Assembly: GCF_006345805.1 (NCBI RefSeq)
Contig: NC_042999.1
Coordinates: forward strand, 161,882,001-161,946,000
Direction: 5' to 3'
DNA from: Octopus sinensis
Lineage: Eukaryota
DNA length: 64,000 bases
The position numbers and the translations under genes were made by a program. Under the pieces are notes generated by a model. The model was not told the DNA's origin, ran no database searches, and saw only the letters and a list, made by a program, of their open reading frames with translations. Position 1 is the first letter of the stretch. Each line of letters begins with the position of its first letter. This document shows, piece after piece, positions 45,710 to 57,841 of this stretch.

Positions 45710-45971
45710 TACTCCTGTCTATATATATATATATATATGTAAATGTCGAACAATGAAAATGAGTGCTCAAAACCACATTGGTGGATAAAATTTCTTTATT
45801 TGTGTATTGAAAATTCGTGTTATGAAAATTATTTTAATATCTAAACAATTTTTCAAGCCAATTATTGGTTACACAAACATATGCGCAAGCATGGCTGTGT
45901 GCTTAAGAAGTTCACTTCCTAACCATGTGGTTTTGGGGTCAGTCCCACAGCAGGGCACTTTGTGTCTTCTA

Positions 45972-46685
45972 TGGGATGGTGTACAAAAAAGTAACCTGGA
46001 TTCCACAGTATAGTATAAATACTGAAATATACTTACACACATGGAAAAGAACCCAACCCTGAACAAAGATGGTGCACTGGTCAACTGTCTGCTATGTTAC
46101 CACATCCTCACCACATAGAGTGAGCATCTCTCGCCTTTTCTATAAGATGACGTACTTAGTAGCAGACAAAGTGGAGATTGTGAAAGCATATGTGAGAATG
46201 GGCTCTGTTAAGCAAACGTATGAAATTTTTGAAGTCAGGTTTCCAGGTAAAGGTTTACCGGTAAAGAGAATGGTTAAGAAGTGGCACACTATGGGGTCTG
46301 TGTACAACACCCCAAAACAGTGAGAGACACTACAGTTTAAGTGCCAGAAGTTATTCAGAACATTTGCCAAAGGATTACTCAAAATCCCAAAAAGTCAACA
46401 TGTAAATTGGTGCAGCAACCTCACATAAGCAGGAGGTCATGCCAATGAGTGTTAAAAAGTCTAAAGTTGAAGCCATATCATTTCACATGTGTAAAGCAAT
46501 TAAAAATAGATGACAAGAGCAAATGAGTAAATTACTGCACAAGGCTTCTGAATAACAGTTAAAAGTGATCAAAATAACACAATGACACTTGCAAACGAAA
46601 GGGTGGCATTTTTCATGTGTGTAAATTTATTTCAGTATTTACACTATGCTATGGAACCCAGGCAACATTTTTGTGTGCCACCCTG
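45972..46685 (+). mobile_element. Internally deleted Tc1/mariner-superfamily element (N-terminal HTH region only)
   Basis: TA...TA flanks and TIRs of about 86 bp starting CAGGGTGGC. Translates as DKVEIVKAYVRMGSVKQTYEIFEVRFPGK and PKKSTCKLVQQPHISRRSCQ-VLKSLKLKPY. Confidence 0.8.
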
Positions 46686-47399
46686 TAGAAGACAGACGGT
46701 GCCCTGCAGTGGGACTGAACCCAAAACCACATGGATAGGAGGTGAGCTTCTTAACCACACAGCCATGTCTGCACATATGTTTGTCTATAAAGAAACACAC
46801 ACACACATGAGGTTAAAATCACTCAGATCAGCATATTATTCATGCTTTTAAAATAAATATTATCCCTTAGAACTTTTGCCACTGATATGAGCAAGGTAAA
46901 AAATTGGTAATCTTCTTGAGATAACTGTGAAGACTTGCCTGTTTTTAAGGGAGATCATAACAGCAATTAAGTGGAGAAAATTAACTGAAACTCAACACAT
47001 GAAATTGCTACAGCTTCATACACTACAGCTGGACAAGAAAGAGACTAGGGTCATCTATTGCATGTAGCAGAATCAGCAAGAGGAATTTCAAAGGATTCTT
47101 AGATTCAACCAGAACCTCTGTCAGTTTGATAAAACAATTAGGGAAAATCCCTGAATTGGTTACATGTAAAGGATGAAGAGTGACTGGGATCTAAAACATC
47201 CAACTTTGGTGCAAAACAGCTACATCAGTAACCAACCTTCAGTGAGTAAAAAATTTGCTATAGACTGTCAAAATCACATATTAAAGAAAAGTCAGACTAG
47301 ATCACTAAATTCTGTTCCTGAGAAGACCATAAACAATATAGACTATAACAGATGGGATAATAATAAAGCTAAGGGGAACATGCTATCATTTCACAAACA

Positions 47400-47564
47400 G
47401 GCGCAGGAGTGGCTGTGTGGTAAGTAGCTTGCTAACCAACCACATGGTTCCGGGTTCAGTCCCACTGCGTGGCATCTTGGGCAAGTGTCTTCTGCTATAG
47501 CCTCGGGCCGACTGAAGCCTTGTGAGTGGATTTGGTAGATGGAAACTGAAAGAAGCCCGTCGTA

Positions 47565-47611
<47 letters not shown>

Positions 47612-47833
47612 TTGTGTGTCTGCGTTTGTCCCCCTAGCATTGCTTGACAACCGATGCTGGTGTGTTTACGTCCCCGTCACTTAGCGGTTCGGCAAAAGAG
47701 ACCGATAGAATAAGTACTGGGCTTCCAAAGAATAAGTCCCGGGGTTGATTTGCTCGACTAAAGGTGGTGCTCCAGCATGGCCGCAGTCAAATGACTGAAA
47801 CAAGTGAAAGAGAGAGAAAAGAGAGAAAGAGAG
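47400..47833 (+). mobile_element. SINE family A, full length
   Basis: Near-consensus copy. Confidence 0.95.
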
Positions 47834-48870
47834 GCTGCAACTGATTATGAACAAACAGTAGTAACGAGTGAAGAATTTCAAACAACTGAAAGTGCAGTTA
47901 ACTATAAAATTCAGACAAAACTTGACTATTTAACCTGATAAATAATTGCATGAGAGAACAATTACCACAGGTATTGAAAAAAAAATATATAATTGATTTG
48001 GTGTTTTCTGTGATGGACCAAGAAGCTAAGAAACAATTAGCAGAGACTGAAAATCTGACACGGAATGTTCTGCCCTGTCTTCTTATTACTATTTTTACAA
48101 CAGATGGGATTAACAGTGGTCAATCATTATAGAAAAATCAACCAACATTGATTACCACTATCCAGACAAATATCAAAAGACTCAGGAAAAAATACTAGAA
48201 AATTAGACACTATTATTAAGTGCAAAGTGAATAATAAATTCACAAAGCACCAGCTGTGGCTTGATCATAGATTACCTCTGGTCTATGGGAACTGTCAATG
48301 AGAGACACCAACAAATAAGCTAATTGTGTTTAAATATGCACTGTAAGCAGTAAGTGAAAAACATTGCAATAAAAAAATTACTAGAATGCAAATCCATCAG
48401 TTTTATGTTTGAACTAACCTCACAAATAGCATATCACACAGTATGAAAGGCCATACCATCAAGATCATAAAAGTCCCGCCTCAAGATGATCTACAATCAT
48501 TTTGGAGAGGGATCTGGAATCTAAACAAACAACATAACCATGATGCAATGTGGTTAGATAAGCTTTAGAATGAGTATTGTGAAAATGCTTCTCCCAAAAC
48601 TTATATCAACCGTGAAACTCTCTAGCCCTCATTAACCTGTCCATAAGAACAGTGACTGCTGAAATTGATGCACTGAACTGGTTGGCAGTTTTACATACAA
48701 TACTAGCAGCTAAAAACCTGAAGATGCATGTGGTCAAAAACTACAGGACTATAACATGCTTGAATGCATTCCTCCAGATCACTGTGAAACACAATATGAC
48801 AATTGATAAGCAAGCAGGAGGAAAGAAAGGAGTCTGGGGTTATGCCAAACGGCCCCTCATCATTCCTTAA

Positions 48871-49084
48871 CCTCTTAGCATTCAGATTATTCCATCATAT
48901 GTAATCCTTATTCATTCACATTATTTTGGATTTATCCTGCCTTATCTTGTAACTTTAAGATTTCGATGATGTGATTGTTAGGTTTTAGTATAACAATGTA
49001 GGGTAGGTGTGAGAAGTCAGATCCGGTCAGTTTGAAACATAAAACAAATTTGGGCTGGATATGGCCACTTTAAATACTAAATGG
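48871..49084. mobile_element. piggyBac-type MITE (older)
   Basis: TTAA flanks and degenerate CCTCTTAG/CTAAATGG TIRs, homologous to 21355-21573. Confidence 0.72.
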
Positions 49085-50039
49085 TTAAAGAAGCAAAACA
49101 GCACCAGCTAAACCTTCTGACTGTATGATTAGACTATATTCCTCACTCATTGATAGCAAAGCATAGTGACTTAAGGTCACTTTGCTAAGGTCTCAACTGA
49201 TATAATTAATGCCATTAAGTGACTGACAACAGCATAGTCCATAGAACTGTCATTAAAAATTGAAGTTACTGCTATAGTTATGAACAGAATTAGACTAGCA
49301 ACAGAAATATTTCAGGGTGACAGTTTATCTAGCAGTCAACCCCTGTTATCAGCCCTGTCAAGGAAATACAAAAGATGCATGACAAGATCTGCATAACAAG
49401 CAACTTGTGTATAATTTATGCATTACATTCAAGCATGTTATAGTCCTGTAGTTTTTGACCACATGCATCTTCAGGTTTTTAGCTGCTAGTATTGTATGTG
49501 TAACTGCCAACCAGTTCAGCAAATCAGTTTCAGTAGTCACTGTTCTTATGGATAGGTTAATGAGGGCTAGAGAGGTTCACTGTTGATATAAGAAGAAAAA
49601 TAAAATTGATGTCACTCTTTTTTTATTGATGAGCTTAAGCAGTACTCTAATAATTTTCATGACACCAAGAGACAGAACTGGTTACAACCTTGCAGGACAT
49701 AGGAATGAAGTTTGATCAGAACAAGTGTTTATATTTAGCAGTCAAATGAAGAAATATTGTAACACCAAGCAAGGAATGTAAATAAAGGTCTTGTCTATCT
49801 TCCCTGTCACTAATGATGAATATTACAAATACCTCAGTCGGTGCTAGAATGATAAAGGAATACTACAGCAGACTTCAAAAGGTATGGAAGTCAGGTCAGA
49901 GCTGTCTACATATCTCACAATACTTTTACAGTGCCAGAGCTGGTACCAACATGTGGGGTACTAAATTGGGCACTCAAAGAAATCGTAAACATGAGAATCA
50001 AGACTAGGAAGATATTAACCGCTGCCAACTGTTACATCA

Positions 50040-50270
50040 TATTTCTTTACTACCCACAAGGGGCTAAACACAGAGGGGACAAACAAGGACAGACAAGTGG
50101 ATTAAGTCGATTACATCGACCCCCGTGTTTCACAGGTACTTAATTTATCGACCCCGACAGGATGAAAGGCAAAGTCGACCTCGGCAGAATTTGAACTCAG
50201 AATGTAGTGGCAGGCGAAATACCACTAAGCATTTCGCCTGGCGTGCTAACGTTTCTGCCAGCTCACCGCC
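50040..50270 (-). mobile_element. SINE family C
   Basis: 13-bp TSD AACTGTTACATCA at 50027-50039 and 50272-50284. Confidence 0.93.
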
Positions 50271-50980
50271 TAACTGTTACATCAACAAAGTCACTGACAG
50301 GTTCTATATCAAATGGTGTGATGTAAATAGAGACAACCTTTGAATGTCATGTTGTATCTCTTAGACACCATCTACTGGACAGTAAAGAGTACATAACTAC
50401 ATTACATGTATGCTCAAAAGTGAAGGACATAACATCATAAAACTAGTCAAAGAACTCCTGGACAGGTACTCTAACTGGACCAAGAGCAGTTGAGCTAACC
50501 TACTTAAAGAGACTTGAAAAACAGAATGTCATGCATGAGTACATAACCTGCAAGCTAGAGAATACCAACAACATTTATAGGAATGGTTGCCTCTACTGGA
50601 CTTGTGATAAATACATCTTACCTAGAAGGCTACACCTTCACCATCCAAGAACAAAAGGCAGCTACTAAATTCTTAATCAACATAGATAGCCATGTTATGA
50701 CAGAAAGCTTCCATTTTGCCATACCAGTACTGAAGATAGTACCCATATCATCAGCAGTTGTCTAAAAATCTCCACAAGATACTACTTTCCCATGAGATAC
50801 ATCATCACTAAAACTGTTTACTATGCTATACACAAAAAAAGTTTGCCTTGATGGGCATACCAAAAGCACACCAGAACCAAAATTTAACCACACCTCTAAA
50901 AACAATGAATAGGGGCAAAACATTCCAATAAAAGCAGCAACTTAGTGTAAGCAGAACAAGCTAGAGATTATTATATAGTA

Positions 50981-51495
50981 CTAGCAGTATCGCCCGGCGT
51001 TGCTCGGGTTTGTAAGGGAAATAACTATATAAGCATTTTTAGAGAGTTACTTCCCTTATAGATGCCAATTCGAGCTTTCTTAGCCATTTCTGTTTTGGTG
51101 TCTTCAAGCCATGAAGTCGTTGTTCTAAAAGAACGCTGGTCTCCTTGACAACGCTTTACGACGTTGATTTCCTTACACTCCCTTCCCCACAGCTTCACGA
51201 GGGAGGGAAGAAGGGGGAGAAGCAAACAGGTGCAGGTGTTTGAGCGTGGACGCCAACTCCGCCGCCATCGACACACGAAAAATTATGCATTAAAATGAAA
51301 TAAAGAATTATGTTAAATTATTTTTAAAATCGTAGACTCATCGTAGATGCGCGCTAATACTCAGACGGGCTCGATATGAATCACGACTATAAGATACCCG
51401 AATTTGGTTAAACTGCACCGCAAAATGTGGGAGTAGTTAGGAATCTAAATCGAAGGGGACAGACACTCACACAACTACAGTTTTATATATATAGA
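50981..51495 (-). mobile_element. Non-autonomous Helitron, copy 3 (cassette C)
   Basis: TC and CTAG termini, hairpin, and an A|T target. It has about 230 bp of extra internal sequence. Confidence 0.9.
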
Positions 51496-51791
51496 TAGAG
51501 TAAAAATCATGCCCTGTTATAGAGATCAGCTGGCAGATGTAAATGCCTCATCAAAAACCAGAGAAAAGGAGAACATCTATGGAGGATTAATGAGAAACCT
51601 ATAGCACTTATATATATATTCAGGTTATAGATTTTCATTTGTACCTATTACCACAGCTGCACTGGGTTACATAATCACTGATCTGCATAAGAACCTAGAA
51701 ATGTTAAGGTTCTCCAAAAAAGAACATGGCAGACAGATTTCACATTCTTCACATATAATCAATTAGGGGTACAGGGAAAATTTATAAACCA

Positions 51792-52191
51792 CTAGCAGTA
51801 TCGCCCGGCGTTGCTCGGGTTTGTAAGGGAAATAACTATATAAGTATTTTTAGAGAGTTATAGCCAAAAAATAGCAAAAAAAATGCATTAAAAATGGAAA
51901 AAAAAATTATGGTAAATTTTTTTTTAAATCATTGACTCATCGTAGACATTTTTAGAGAGTTACTTCCCTTATATAATAGCGAAAAAATGCATTAAAATGG
52001 AAAAAAATTATGGTAAATTATTTTTTAAATCGTAGACTCATCGTAGACGCGCGCTAATACCCAGAAGGGCTCGATATTAATCCCGACTATAAGATACCCG
52101 GTTTTGGTTACATTGCACCGCAAAATGTGGGAGTAGTTAGGAATCTAAATCGTAGGAGACAGACACACAACTTCACTTTTATATATAAAGA
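51792..52191 (-). mobile_element. Non-autonomous Helitron, copy 4 (cassette B)
   Basis: TC and CTAG termini, hairpin, and an A|T target. Confidence 0.92.
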
Positions 52192-52587
52192 TTTCAACAC
52201 TTCCCCATTTGAGGTTCCTAAGTGAACACACAATCACCAACCCATACACATATGGATTATACACATACATATATACATACAAACAGTAACAAAGTACACA
52301 CTCTTGAGTATTAATGTCACACACACACACACACACATCAAACAATAACAATTAAGCTAACCCCAAACTCTTTACTGGGCTTGTATTTATCTACGCCTTT
52401 TTGTTTTTTCTTTGTGACTCAAACAAGGGTCTTGCCATGTTGTCAGTGACCAGTTTAAATTCTACCTTAATGAAATCACAGACATGCACACAAATAAATG
52501 CACACACCTATACTTATACAATGAAAAGCTAATCCAGTTTTGCATCCGTCATTATACCAAAACTAATAACAAAAAAAAAACCACATA

Positions 52588-53034
52588 GGCGCAGGAGTGG
52601 CTGTGTGGTAAGTAGCTTGCTAACCAACCACATGGTTCCGGGTTCAATCCCACTGCGTGGCATTTTGGGCAAGTGTCTTCTGCTATAGCCCCGGGCCAAC
52701 CAATGCCTTGTGAGTGGATTTGGTAGATGGAAACTGAAAGAAGCCTGTCGTATATATGTATATATATATATATGTATATATATATATGTGTGTGTGTGTG
52801 TATGTGTTTGTGTGTCTTTGTTTGTCCCCCTAGCATTGCTTGACAACCGATGCTGGTGTGTTTACTTCCCCGTCGCTTAGCAGTTCAGCAAAAGAGACCG
52901 ATAGAATAAGTACTGGGCTTACAAAGAATAAGTCCCAGGGTCGATTTGCCCGACTAAAAAGGCGGTGCTCCAGCATGGCCACAGTCAAATGACTGAAACA
53001 AATAAAAAGAGTAAAAAAGAGTAAAAAAAAGAGT
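52588..53034 (+). mobile_element. SINE family A, full length
   Basis: Near-consensus copy. Confidence 0.95.
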
Positions 53035-53367
53035 TAGTGGATACTGGTGACAGTAGTAATGAAGGTGGTGGTGGTGGTGGTGGTAATACAATGTATAGTG
53101 TTAGTGCTGTCAACTGTAGTGGTTGTGGTGTGGCTGATGGTAAATGGTATTGATGGTGGTAGATGTAGGGCTGGTTATGGTGAAGCTTAAAAAAAAATTC
53201 CAATAAGTGATAAAACCCAGAACAATATCTGATTGTAGTGAGTCACCCAGAAAGCAAAGATTACGCATGGAAGTAGTGAAGAAGAAACTATAGCAATATG
53301 GTGTTGAGGAGCTTAGTTGTATTGTGTATGCTGTATTCTAGTGATGACTAATGACAATCTTTATATA

Positions 53368-53582
53368 TTCTTTTACTCTTTTACTCTTTTACTTGTTTCA
53401 GTCATTTGACTGCGGCCATGCTGGAGCACCGCCTTTAATCGAGCAACTCGACCCCGGGACTTATTCTTTTGTAAGCCCAGTACTTATTCTATCGGTCTCT
53501 CTTGCCGAACCGCTAAGTAACAGGGACATAAACACACCAGCATCGGTTGTCAAGCAATGCTAGGGGACAAACAGACACACAA

Positions 53583-53627
<45 letters not shown>

Positions 53628-53798
53628 CATATATACGACGGGCTTCTTTCAGTTTCCGTCTACGAAATCCACTCACAAGGCTTTGGTCGGCCCGAGGTTA
53701 TAGTAGAAGACACTTGCCCAAGGTGCCATGCAGTGGGACTGAACCCGGAACCATGTGGTTGGTAGACAAGCTACTTACCACACAGCCACTCCTGCACC
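53368..53798 (-). mobile_element. SINE family A, full length
   Basis: Near-consensus reverse-complement copy. Confidence 0.95.
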
Positions 53799-54299
53799 TA
53801 TGAAATCACAGACATACACACAAATAAATGCATGTGTGTGTTTATGTGTATGTGTGTATGTATGTATGTATAAACACACACACACTATTATTAGCAACAC
53901 TAAGTTGACCATCATCTCTAAAAATAACTGTCCCATCCACAATATTTTCATGCAGCAGAAAATATTTAAATGCCAGGGTTCCATATAGCAGAAACTTGTT
54001 AATTAAACTTCAAAGTTCAATACAGTTGCAGACTGTCATCGATAATAATGTAATTATGGTAGCAGAAGTGTATTTTTGTTATTAGTTTTGATATGATGGT
54101 GGATAAAAAACTGGGTTAGCTTCCCATTATGTGTGTTTTTGTGTGTATGTGTGTGTGTGTCCAAATTTTGAATAAAGAAAACAAGTGATCAAATGTTATA
54201 TTTAATTGAAATTTAATCATCTATGTACTTTCCCTGATTATCTATGACTTCCTTCCATCTATTTACAAGATTTTTAATCCCATCAATGTAAAACTCTTG

Positions 54300-54960
54300 G
54301 TTTCAAAGTGAAAAACTCTGAAATGTCAGTTTCGGCCTTCTCCTGGCTTATGAAAGTTATGTCCCCAAATGATTCTGTAAACTACGAAACAAATGGTAGC
54401 CTAAAGGAGCGAGGTCGGGAGAATAAGGTGGATGAGGAATTTTTTCCCAACCAAGCTCTTCAATCTTCTGTGATGTGATCTTTGCAGTGTGGGGTTGCAC
54501 ATTGTCCTGATGAAACATCACTCCTTTTTTTATTCACTAAAGCAGGTCTTTTTTCTTTAATGATTGGTTCAAACGCTCTAATTGCTGACAGTAGACTTGA
54601 GCATTGATTGTTGCATTAGGTGGTAGCAATTCAAAGTGAATTACTCCTTTGCAATCCCACAAGATAGAAAGAAGAACCTTTTTCCCATGAAGTTCCCTTC
54701 TCGGTTGTGGTTGAGCTTCTTCCCTTTTACCAAGCTACTGTTTACAACATTCAACATTTCGATAGAAGATCCATTTTTCATCACAAGTCTATCCAAAAAA
54801 GGTGAAATGAGTCCACGAGAATAGCAAGAAGAGCAGATGTCAACTCAGGATTTGCAGTTGCTTTTGGACAATTCGTGAGGCACCCATTTTCCAAGTTTAG
54901 GAACCTTTCCAAGTTGTTGAAGATGACGATGAACAGTTGTATGGTTTAAACTAAGCTTTA
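54300..54960 (-). mobile_element. Mariner transposase C-terminal fragment
   Basis: KKVLLSILWDCKGVIHFELL, FHQDNVQPH, and EKIPHPPYSPDLAP. Confidence 0.9.
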
Positions 54961-55494
54961 TCATCAATTCTTCAACTGATAATGCAGGATTTTCTTCAAG
55001 TAATGCCTCAAGGAGCTTATCATCAAACTCAACTGGACATAAGAAGCATCAGATGTGGTCATGTGTTGTGTATAGATGAGGAGAGCTGTGTGAAGAAGCA
55101 TCACTCTCTAACAGTGGAAGGAACCCATGGAAGAGGGAATTTTTTTAAATATTATATACATCATCCGATTTTTAAAAACCATTATAATATGAACTCATAA
55201 TTGCACTATTTGTTTGTAATGTCCTGTATTGTCCTTTTCTATGCAAGATATTAATTATCATAATAAAGAATCACCTCTCAGGTTCATCTGATTGACAAGA
55301 GTCAACAAAAAGTCACACCCTTTTACCATAAGAGAGAATTTTTCTCCACGGTAAATACAGTGTATTTGCCTTTAGCAGTTGAAATTATTTTTTCTTGTGT
55401 TTTGGTGATGGTTGTGGGGTTGGCAAAGGGTTTTAACATTGGGGTGATGAGGGGGATTTTTACCTGTGTGTCTGTAGTGTGTTTTGATAAAAAG

Positions 55495-55570
55495 TCATGG
55501 ATTAGTAGTGATAAGTGAGCAGCTGCATCGACATGGTAGAACATCCATGCCTTGACCTCTTCCTTCAGAC
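55495..55570 (-). mobile_element. Probable Tc1/mariner-like catalytic-domain relic
   Basis: AWMFYHVDAAAHLSLLIHDFL resembles the WFQxDGAPAHxSxxVRDFL motif. Confidence 0.4.
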
Positions 55571-55929
55571 TTCCTCTCTCAAAATACCACAGGACATTCA
55601 CCTAAAACTCATTACTGACCATCTGACCACAAGCAACAAAATCATGATGGACAATGCTCCAAAAGATAATCTTTACATTTGAGTGACTCTAATGTTTTTT
55701 CTATTAGTCATGATGATGATGATGATGATGATGAAGCCCATTGTGATGACAGTATTTTTGTTTTGACATCAAAGCCATACACTCACATTTCATTGTCTGA
55801 CACTTTGCAGAAAGTTTACCTCAGTTTTCAAAGGAACAAATAACTTTTGACTGACTGAGACTCAGTTCTCTTTTCGTTCAACAATCAACAGATGCAATAC
55901 AAATGTTGTGGCAATATGAAGCAGCATTG

Positions 55930-56230
55930 ATTTAAAAACCGTACGGCATGAACTGCAAATGTGACAAATGCACAAGAATAGTCAGCAACAGGAGCATCCA
56001 TAAAATAAATTCTTTCAAATGTTTAGAAGACTCCATAGTAATCAATTACTTCTCTAACTTAGGAGACCTAATTAGTAGCGGAGGGTGGTACCCTTGATGC
56101 AGAGTATCCCTAGTAAGAATAGAGTAGATGAAAAACACTTAGGGAGCTATCAACAAAGGGATTCTTTTAGTAAGTAAACAGCAGATTATAAGATGCTTAT
56201 GTATGAAACACAAAGTTGCATGGTAATGAA
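55930..56230 (+). mobile_element. Old RTE fragment
   Basis: KCDKCT and YFSNLGDLISSGG, aligning with the CSRCTG and YMGDQVSSGG motifs of the younger copies. Confidence 0.6.
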
Positions 56231-56330
56231 ACATGATCACTGGCTACAGAAGATGTGCAAATGCTGGAAAATATGTGGTGCTCCAGCATGACTGCAGTCA
56301 AATGACTGAAACAAGTAAAAAAATTAAAGA

Positions 56331-56380
<50 letters not shown>

Positions 56381-56453
56381 ATAGATATGAAAAACTGCTA
56401 TATATAAAAACATGTCACAAAAATATTCTACCTTTAAGATAGCATGTTAGTGC

Positions 56454-56489
<36 letters not shown>

Positions 56490-57841
56490 GTGTGTGTGTA
56501 ATCATGTGAGAGAAAGTGTGAGTGTGTGTGTATGCATGTATGTATGTATGTATGTATGTATTCTTATTTGGTGACTATTTTATAGAAATAACACACTCTA
56601 CATCTTGAAGTCTTGAGTACTTTATTCTCTTTATATGTAAGCTATGTTGACACAAACACACACACTTGAAAGAAATAAAGAATGAATGAATGCTTGTATA
56701 TAGTGTACATGTGTATTTATACCAGTATGTGTGTGCTTTTTATATATAGCTGATATGTGAATGTGTGTATATGTTCCACAATTTATTTACCAATAGATAA
56801 AAAGATCTAGCATATCATTTACTCTAGTTATATCTATGCATGTTTGAATGAGTGTATAGAATTTCCTAACTATGCATTTGTGTTAGTATCACTCTGGATA
56901 ATTGCATGTCTAGTCTCTAGCTTTGTATATATGTAAGCATGCATGAGTGTCATTGTATAAAGGTAAAAATGATTTCTGTTATTATACATAAAAAGGATTA
57001 ATCCTAGTACTTAGTAGAAATGATTATAATACACTTATTTTTAATTTTTAATATATCTTTATTGAAATATATGTATGCATGGGTCAATCTCTTCCAATTG
57101 TGTCAACATTAGATGCATGTGTGTGTGTGTGTGCATATTTCAACACATAATTTCACATCAGGAATCATGCAAAACAAATTCATAAACATGTGTGTGTGTG
57201 TGTGTGCATAGATATATAAGGTTCTGGTAGGGTATAAGGATAGGGTATTTCCAATGAGGCACTCCACCCAAGTGTCGGGCTAACAACACAATTAGATTCC
57301 GTATAAATTCCGAAATTCTTCAGGTGTAGAAAATTTGGTTTCACAACAGTAAAATCATTGTGTGGATTTAGTGAAGAGTAAAATATAAGCCAAATAAGAC
57401 AAAGAAAGACTTTAACACATCTTTGACAAATAAAGTGTGACAGGCCACGATCGTGGCCATCAGGCACAGGTCAACAGGCCACAATCATGGCCCAAATAGA
57501 TGCATTTAATTTATGGGTGTTTGTTGGGGTCTAATGTCACTTAAATGCTCCGATATCTCCCAGAATGCAAGAGGGCTCATAGTTCAACTAATGACTTTTC
57601 AGATGATGTAAAACTTGCCACCTTTATATACTAAGAAGATATTTTAACCATTTTTTGTTTTTTCTGTGTGCATCGTAGTCTCATTTTCATAAAATGTGCT
57701 CAGCAGTCCATGCTATGTAAGTGCAAACCCCAGTGATTTATGGCTTAATGATCAGTTACAATTGTTTCTGTACCAATTCTGCTTGCAATGCCATTTTACA
57801 CACAAGTTTCGAGTGAAAATTTATGCAATATTTACCACAAA

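Larger units (their letters stand above)
46900..51790 (+). mobile_element. Near full-length but decayed R4/Dong-like LINE carrying nested insertions and an internal inversion
   Basis: RMKSDWDLKHP, TILAAKN..KNYRTITCLN, QAGGKKGVWG, LFFIDELK, YYKYL, and C-terminal VIEIS..FVPITTAALG. Confidence 0.78.

Noticed and set aside
55464-55601. 138-bp open minus-strand exon candidate with AG/GT boundaries
   Set aside because: The peptide resembles a decayed Tc1/mariner catalytic motif (WFQxDGAPAH), so TE origin is more likely. Exonisation is not excluded.
55820-55952. Exon candidate with a single in-frame TGA (idea: recoding by A-to-I editing)
   Set aside because: The acceptor region is antisense old RTE sequence, all frames contain stops, and the local hairpin is only 5 bp, too short for ADAR.
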